A stretch of 64,000 bases of DNA from Squalus acanthias (lineage: Eukaryota). Within the stretch, counting starts at the first letter, position 1; each line of letters begins with the position of its first letter. Below the pieces are notes generated by a model, which made no database searches, was not told where the DNA came from, and worked only from the letters and a program-made list of their open reading frames with translations. The translations under genes and the position numbers were made by a program. Below, piece by piece: positions 59,801-64,000 of the stretch. The stretch lies in the NCBI GenBank assembly GCA_030390025.1, contig CM059431.1, positions 111,540,001 to 111,604,000 on the forward strand, written 5' to 3'.

Positions 59801-62800
59801 ACAACAACAACAACTTGTATTTACACAGCGCTTTTAACGTAGTGAAACTTCCGAAGGCGCTTCACAGGAGCGTTATCAAACAAAATTTGACACTGAGCCA
59901 CATAAGGAGATATTAGGGCAGAAGAGGTGGGTTTTAAGGAGTGCCTTAAAGGAGGAAAGAGAGGTAGAGAGGTGGAGAGGTTTAGGCAGGGAATTCAGTG
60001 CTTAGACCTTGGCAGCTGAAGGCACGGCCACCAAAGGTTGAGCGATTAAAATCGGGGATGCGCAAGAGGCCAGAATTAGAGGAGCGCAGAGATCTCGGAG
60101 GGTTGTGGGGCTGAAGGAGATTACAGAGATAGGAAGGGGCGAGGCAATGAAGGGATTTGAAAACAAGGATGAGAAATTTAAAATCGAGGCGCTGCTTAAC
60201 CGGGAGCCAATGTAGGTCAGCGAGCACAGGGGTGATGGGTGAACGGGACTTGGTGCGAGTTAGGACACGGGCAGCAGAGTTTTGGATGACCTCAAGTTTA
60301 CTGAGGGTAGAACGTGGGAGGCCAGCCAGGAGTGCGTTGGAATAGTCAAGTCTAGAGGTAACAAAGGCATGGATGAGGGTTTCAGCAGCGATGAGCTGAG
60401 GCAGGGGCCATGTGACATGAGCACTTTGGGTAGTATAGTTCCACAAGAAGAGAGGGAAAACCCTAACCCGATTGCATGATGCATTACAGTCTCACACACA
60501 TAGAATATATCCAATGCAGCTGGAAACCAAAGCACTGAAAGCCCAGGTATAATCTACCTCATGTCTCAAGCTCCTGACAGAAGGACAGGCTTATGTGGTG
60601 ATAAGCACTGCCTGAAAGGGTGGTGGAAGCAGATTCAATAGTAAAATTCAAAAGAGAATTGGATAAATACTTGAAGGTAAAAAATTGCAGGGCTATGGGA
60701 AAAGAGCCGGGGAGTGGGACTAATTGGATAATACTTTCAAAGAGCCGGCACAGACATGATGGGCCGAATGGCTGAAGTGCTGCATCAGTCTATGATTCTA
60801 TGATAACTTCTTCCAGGGATTATGTATTTTACTATGTTTGTTACGAACAAAATGTCACTTTTAGCTTCATACATTCAACCTGAACGAAGCAGCAAAATGG
60901 CAGTTTTAAACAGTGCGAAGAAATCATCTGATGAGCCAGCTTTATCGTTGCTGCTTCATGAATGACAGCTTTAAAAACATATCGAGCGGGGGTGGCGGAG
61001 TGGTGATTCCTCAATTCTCTGCTGGTTACATGCTCCTCTGTTGTATTTTTGTTGCTTTTGATTTGAGACCATTTATTGAGTCCCATATTTCTTCCATAAT
61101 TGGACAGATAAATGGTCATTTGAGACAGTAATTATTTTTTGTTTGCCAGACAGACATGTGATCCTTTGGAGGTGCGACACCCGAACATGCGATACAATTA
61201 TGGCCTTGAAATTGGACCTCTTAGCGCCCGTTTTCCAGGTGCTACGCAGCCTCCTAAGACACCAAAATGGCGGACAGGAAGGCGCGCACACTCCCGCCAA
61301 ACGTACTGTTAACTGAAATGATGGTCAGATTCAATGCAGGAGCCAAATAATGTGCCTCAGGACGACGCTCCCTACTGCGCCAGTGCGGCAGTTCCATTTC
61401 CACGCCCATAATTCTGTGGTGCTTCTCTGAGTGACACTGCCTAGCCTGTGCAATGAGGACTGAATTCAAGAGCACTTGCGACTGGCAATGTTTCCTGCTG
61501 CCTAGCAGGAACTGGTGTGAGCCAGCCCAATCTCGCACAGTACAATCCTCTGTGAACACCAGAGAAATCTCAATGCAGTCTGCCTAAAATGAACAGGGAT
61601 AAACAGGACCCACTTCTAACACACTGCAACGCCCAGTCCCCTTAATGCTGGGATGCACGAATGCTGAATCTGAGTCCAGGCCCAGAACTGCAGTGCTTTT
61701 TTTTTTTTGGACCTCTGAAGTCTCCTACATTAAATTGCAGACTTTGATTTTCCGACTAAGCCTCACGTATTGGAAAAAGATCTGAAATAATTCCGGGGAA
61801 AAATGCCATCATTAGATTGAAATGAGAAGTCGCACAACACCAGGTTATAGTCCAACAGATTTATTTAAAATTACAAGCTTTCGGAGCTGTCGCTCCTTCT
61901 TCAGGTAGGGTAGCTGTGAGAGAATCTCCCAGAATTCACAATATAAACACAGAAAAAATGTATTCAAATCTTTTCAGGTAGGGTAGCTGTGAGAGAATCT
62001 CCCAGAATTCACAATATAAACACAGAAAAAATGTATTCAAATCTTTTCAGGTAGGGTAGCTGTGAGAGAATCTCAGGTAGGGTAGCTGTGAGAGAATCAT
62101 TTTTTCTGTGTTTATATTGTGAATTCTGGGAGATTCTCTCACAGCTACCCTACCTGAAGAAGGAGCGACAGCTCCGAAAGCTTGTAATTTTAAATAAATC
62201 TGTTGGACTATAACCTGGTGTTGTGCGACTTCTCATTTTTGTCCACCCCAGTCCAACGCCGGCATCTCCACATCATCATTAGATTGAGCATTGCATTGGC
62301 GGATTAATAAATCCCGTCACAATGTTACTGTGAGGTGGAATATTGGTTACATCTTCTTCCCCAATAATTAACAGCCTTCTATTGAAATTTCATTAAAATC
62401 ACACATTTTAATACTGCATCACATTAGCATGTCATTAATACTGGGAACATGCATTCTCCCCTTTTTGTTAAATGAGTAATTTCACCCCATAGATTCTTAG
62501 TGTTCCACATCAAAATAGAACTGGTCTCTAGTCCAAGTGCTTTTCCACAGTGATCGTAACCAGCCTCTTAAAGAAGCACTGTGCCATCACTGAGTAGATT
62601 GTACTAAATACGTGCTACTGGCCTGTTTTGTTGCAGTGCAAAATAATGGCTGAATAAAATAGCTAATAGCTGATCTTATTTTTCACTGAGAAGCCTACTG
62701 CCCCTTTTTTCAAGCCGTTACCCAGTCTATCCATTCCGACACCTAAAATGAAATAATTAGTCTCAAAATAAATTTCTCATCAAATTAACAAATGAATGCA

Positions 62801-63842
62801 TCCCACCCACAGCATGGCTCCATCAGCTGAAGTCATCGGGCTCTTGACTCGCAAACTTAAGGTCTCATGTTGAAGTCAAATTTTGTTTTTATTGCATGGG
62901 ATTTTTACCACTGTTTTAAGGATCAGATTCCTCAAGTGCACCTGTTTATAATTAAGTCCGCTGGTTTATGCTGACTGAATTAGTGAGATTCCATTGTTAC
63001 GTGTGATTTTCACCAGTGTTTTTTGGAGATTTAATTATATAATTTTGCCCATTTTTCCATGAAAACCGCAAGTCAATGGCTTTGGTCATACGTTCCAGAG
63101 CTTCCTGTTTTCCAAGTTAATTTGCTTCCATTGAGAGTAATATCCACCTCAGCAAGGAGAAAGATTTCCTCTGTGCGCTGAAATTGTAAACCCATTTGTA
63201 AACAGGTTTTCGATTATTTGACACACACAATCCACAGAGGAAATCTTCCCAAGCGGTCACGGTCATGTGAACGACGTCCCTCTTGCTCTTTCAAGATCAT
63301 CGTGGGGAACTATGCAGCTTCCTTGTGACAGGAAGAGGCTGCATGGTTTGCAAGATACTTCCCCAAAGTCATCCGAGAACGGATCTCGCTAACTTTGTGC
63401 ACCTTATGCTTCTAGGGTTAGACACTGCAGCTTTCCCAAGTAGCTGCTTTTGCAAAGTCAGTTATGCCCTAAACAGCCAGAAGAGAGACAAAAATGGCCT
63501 GAGTGCATTCAGTACAACAGTCTGAAACCTCCTAATATCCAACATATCCATGCCAAGTATATTCTACCTGAAAGAGACCAGTCATATTAGTCCTGGTAAT
63601 GGTTGCCTAAATGGCTTGTGATGAGAACCACTTTTAAGCACAGCAATACACAATTTTCACATTTATAGTCCAAGTTCTGATAAAGTTTTACTCTGAAAGG
63701 TTAGATGTGCAATTGCCACCAGACAGAAGGGACTTACCAGCGATTCATTGGCACACTGAAACACGTAGCACACATACTGATTTAGTCCCGGTTCAACACT
63801 TTCTCGACAAATGAACCCAAAATGGTCAACGTGTTTTATACC
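2718..63842 (-). CDS. TBC1D4: TBC1 domain family member 4 (AS160), partial, 12 exons: 63738-63842, 57545-57677, 53890-53981, 52401-52511, 51808-51927, 35723-35800, 34979-35220, 31530-31685, 11563-11735, 10848-11057, 3600-3761, 2718-2876
   Basis: All exons have AG/GT boundaries and join in frame. The spliced peptide follows AS160 as recalled ([64 protein letters not shown]). The gene runs off both window ends. Confidence 0.95.
3008..3212. mobile_element. Penelope-like element terminal fragment with inverted duplication and hammerhead-like motif
   Basis: Near-perfect inverted arms of about 80 bp; 11-bp flanking direct repeat TCATGGAGAAA (3000-3010, 3209-3219); same family as 61820-62276. Confidence 0.7.
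3061..3097 (-). ncRNA. Minimal type-I hammerhead ribozyme-like motif
   Basis: UCAC-CUGACGA-A-GGAGC(AGC)GCUCC-GAAA-GC-UU-GUGA. Confidence 0.6.
3600..3761 (-). CDS. TBC1D4: TBC1D4 exon ([17 protein letters not shown]...[13 protein letters not shown])
   Basis: 162 bp, attacag|CA ... CAAG|gtcagt, phase 1-1. Confidence 0.94.
4139..4304. mobile_element. hAT-like MITE; adjacent hAT-like fragment at about 4328-4437
   Basis: TIR CAATGCTCCC/GGGAACATTG; 8-bp flanks GTGACGAC/GTGACGTT (6/8 match). Confidence 0.55.
5300..6222 (+). mobile_element. CR1/HER1-like LINE 3' fragment interrupted by a DeuSINE; other CR1 fragments at about 3213-3346, 17330-17755(-), 30329-30850, 39270-39430(-), 46865-47120(-), 55215-55700(-), 59105-59356, 60607-60802
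   Basis: [13 protein letters not shown]...WNSL translation and CR1 3' tail GGGCCGAATGGCCT. Confidence 0.8.
7945..8704. mobile_element. PIF/Harbinger-like MITE, same family as 38523-39258 in the opposite orientation
   Basis: TIR GGCCCAGATTTTGC/GCAAATTCCGGGCC; internal similarity to the 38.5 kb copy; TSD degenerate. Confidence 0.6.
10225..10727. mobile_element. Degenerate Harbinger-like MITE
   Basis: Starts GGCCTGGAAATT, flanked by AGA/AGA, right TIR weak. Confidence 0.4.
10848..11057 (-). CDS. TBC1D4: TBC1D4 exon ([14 protein letters not shown]...[27 protein letters not shown]), calmodulin-binding region
   Basis: 210 bp, tttctgtag|AT ... GAAG|gttagt, phase 1-1. Confidence 0.93.
11563..11735 (-). 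CDS. TBC1D4: TBC1D4 exon ([18 protein letters not shown]...[33 protein letters not shown])
   Basis: 173 bp, tgcttcag|T ... GAAG|gtacag, phase 2-1; donor is the first in-phase GT after the conserved block. Confidence 0.9.
12937..13511 (+). mobile_element. Young CR1/HER1-like LINE 3' fragment inserted into a DeuSINE
   Basis: Uninterrupted 160-aa ORF2 C-terminus ([11 protein letters not shown]...WNSLP); TSD TGTCGG at 12931-12936 and 13512-13517. Confidence 0.88.
18626..19062 (+). mobile_element. HE1-like V-SINE followed by a CR1-type tail
   Basis: tRNA head (TAGTGGTTAG, GGTTCGAATC); V-domain-like TGTGGAGTTTGCACATTCTCCCCGTGTCTGCGTGGGTTTCCTCCGGGTGCTCCGGTTTCCTCCCACA; internal duplication of about 46 bp. 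Confidence 0.8.
20213..20938. mobile_element. PIF/Harbinger-like MITE
   Basis: TIR GGCCCGTATTTTCCGAT/ATCGGAAATTACGGGCC; 3-bp TSD AAT. Confidence 0.75.
21560..22610 (+). repeat. Purine-rich low-complexity tract ending in a 15-bp tandem repeat (GAAAAGAGCAAAGGT-like, about 6 copies, 22515-22602); similar tract at about 1380-1670
   Basis: Composition seen directly; interrupted by an L2 fragment. Confidence 0.8.
23147..23638. mobile_element. PIF/Harbinger-like MITE
   Basis: Perfect 12-bp TIR GGGCTGGATTTT; TSD TTT. Confidence 0.75.
24263..24510 (+). mobile_element. Tx1/L1-group LINE 3' end fragment
   Basis: Translates [56 protein letters not shown], resembling Tx1 ORF2 C-termini, followed by a T-rich 3' UTR. 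Confidence 0.6.
25130..26340. pseudogene. Fossil PIF/Harbinger transposon: decayed transposase (+, about 25130-26100) and convergent Myb/SANT-like ORF (-, about 26145-26340)
   Basis: Frameshifted motifs in the expected order: [43 protein letters not shown]; minus strand [13 protein letters not shown]...EVAARV...TWL*PR*K...K|gtgagt. Confidence 0.55.
25341..25694 (+). mobile_element. RTE-clade LINE 3' fragment
   Basis: [16 protein letters not shown]...W..LAQDR.KWR...[21 protein letters not shown] (C-terminal zinc finger); imperfect TSD starting AGGTGTA (25330, 25695). Confidence 0.85.
29055..29684. mobile_element. GC-rich Harbinger-like MITE; family members at 39797-40691, about 41838-42541 and 48382-48896 (opposite orientation)
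   Basis: Shared terminal block AATTC.GT.G.TTGCG.CTCCCGTTAGCGCC; GGCCATTTTTGTTGCTGGCC core shared with the 41.8 and 48.4 kb copies; possible TSD TAG. Confidence 0.7.
29758..30897. mobile_element. MITE carrying nested DeuSINE and CR1 insertions
   Basis: Imperfect TIR of about 47 bp beginning GGGGTAGAT.TTGACTT.GTGC; TSD AAA. Confidence 0.75.
31530..31685 (-). CDS. TBC1D4: TBC1D4 symmetric cassette exon ([52 protein letters not shown]), equivalent of the long/muscle-isoform exon
   Basis: 156 bp, phase 2-2, long pyrimidine tract then ttgctcag|C ... AG|gtgaga; [12 protein letters not shown] resembles mammalian PSFLKSFYQNSG. Confidence 0.88.
34979..35220 (-). CDS. TBC1D4: TBC1D4 exon (DGSPGESPP...[15 protein letters not shown]...[10 protein letters not shown]), Thr642-equivalent Akt/14-3-3 motif
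   Basis: 242 bp, ggtgcag|GAC ... AG|gtaaaa, phase 0-2. Confidence 0.94.
35723..35800 (-). CDS. TBC1D4: TBC1D4 exon ([26 protein letters not shown]), Ser588-equivalent Akt motif
   Basis: 78 bp, tttttttag|GGC ... AGG|gtgagt, phase 0-0. Confidence 0.93.
38523..39258. mobile_element. PIF/Harbinger-like MITE
   Basis: TIR GGCCCGGATTGTGCGGT/ACCGCAAATTACGGGCC; TSD ATT. Confidence 0.75.
41106..41830. mobile_element. Harbinger-like MITE, right end obscured by the adjacent GC-rich MITE
   Basis: Starts GGCCCAGATTT; internal similarity to 7945-8704. Confidence 0.5.
46398..46800 (+). mobile_element. tRNA-like-headed SINE with a family-B LINE tail
   Basis: A/B-box-like TAGTGGTT and GTTCAAATCC; from about 46695 matches the 3' end of LINE family B. 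Confidence 0.7.
47696..48381 (+). mobile_element. CR1/HER1-like LINE ORF2 C-terminal fragment with 3' tail, within a nested repeat cluster (46865-48900)
   Basis: [17 protein letters not shown]...[16 protein letters not shown]; tail repeat ATGACTCT. Confidence 0.88.
49840..50499 (+). repeat. G-rich minisatellite, 22 units of 29/31 bp (GGAGGAGGTTTGGGTGGAGGAG-(AC)ACAGTTC)
   Basis: Units counted directly from the GGGTGGAG core. Confidence 0.95.
51362..51520. mobile_element. Short hairpin-like MITE
   Basis: TIR of about 28 bp GGGGTAGATGTTCAGCTTGCTGCCCGGG; flanks CAT/CAA. Confidence 0.65.
51808..51927 (-). CDS. TBC1D4: TBC1D4 exon ([40 protein letters not shown])
   Basis: 120 bp, poly-T ccaaag|CCT ... 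CGG|gtaagg, phase 0-0. Confidence 0.94.
52401..52511 (-). CDS. TBC1D4: TBC1D4 exon ([37 protein letters not shown])
   Basis: 111 bp, cgacag|AAA ... ATG|gtacag, phase 0-0. Confidence 0.93.
53890..53981 (-). CDS. TBC1D4: TBC1D4 exon ([31 protein letters not shown])
   Basis: 92 bp, tttctccag|GT ... CAG|gtaaca, phase 1-0. Confidence 0.95.
54181..54544. mobile_element. Tc1/mariner-pogo (Tigger-like) MITE
   Basis: Perfect 26-bp TIR CAGGAAACTCTTTATTAACCGGCACC; TA TSD on both sides. Confidence 0.85.
57545..57677 (-). CDS. TBC1D4: TBC1D4 exon ([45 protein letters not shown])
   Basis: 133 bp, ttgacag|GTG ... GAAG|gtaaat, phase 0-1; not in the ORF track. Confidence 0.95.
61820..62276. mobile_element. 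Penelope-like element terminal fragment with inverted duplication, internal 73-bp tandem repeats and two hammerhead-like motifs
   Basis: Inverted arms of about 140 bp (61820-61960 / 62098-62238); 14-bp flanking direct repeat CATCATTAGATTGA (61807-61820, 62274-62287). Confidence 0.72.
62151..62186 (+). ncRNA. Minimal type-I hammerhead ribozyme-like motif (mirror copy on the minus strand at 61872-61907)
   Basis: UAC-CUGAAGA-A-GGAGC(GACA)GCUCC-GAAA-GC-UU-GUA. Confidence 0.6.
63738..63842 (-). CDS. TBC1D4: TBC1D4 exon, PTB2 domain ([35 protein letters not shown])
   Basis: 105 bp, ttccag|GGT ... CTG|gtaagt, phase 0-0. Confidence 0.95.
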
Positions 63843-64000
63843 CTGGAAGGATACAGTTAAAAGATGCCAGGTTAGATGTAAGGGAATCAGTAAAAAGAGT
63901 AGAAGCAACTTCTGAAAGTCTTCCTATCAGCAACCACCAGGGTTAAACTGACAAAATACCATCTTTTCTTGTTAGGACTGCCTCTGGCTGAGCTCTGTCA

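Noticed and set aside
1847..60407. Orientation bias of L2 copies
   Set aside because: About 6 minus versus 4 plus; too few to mean anything
61901..62098. CRISPR-like repeat-spacer pattern
   Set aside because: The spacers are identical, so this is a tandem duplication within a retroelement in a vertebrate genome
2718..63842. Assignment to the paralogue TBC1D1
   Set aside because: [26 protein letters not shown] and RVASPMNKS are TBC1D4-type as recalled

Overview
Eukaryotic DNA from a cartilaginous fish (shark-like), inferred from the repeat content: DeuSINE/SacSINE1-like and HE1/V-SINE-like SINEs, plus CR1/HER1-like and L2-like LINEs. The whole window lies inside one minus-strand gene, TBC1D4 (AS160 Rab-GAP). 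Twelve internal exons have GT-AG boundaries and consistent phases (63842 down to 2718). They cover the second PTB domain, the Akt/AMPK phospho-region including the muscle-type cassette exon, the calmodulin-binding helix and the start of the TBC domain; the start and stop codons lie outside the window. The introns are dense with retro- and DNA transposon debris, often nested. The most notable non-genic signals are: (i) two Penelope-like inverted-repeat insertions carrying minimal hammerhead ribozyme motifs with a compensatory stem change between copies; (ii) a fossil two-gene PIF/Harbinger transposon alongside many 3-bp-TSD MITEs; (iii) QKI-type motifs downstream of the cassette exon. Family and orthologue comparisons are from memory, not database searches, and repeat boundaries are approximate. 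I see no clearly unprecedented system; the best leads are new instances of known classes.
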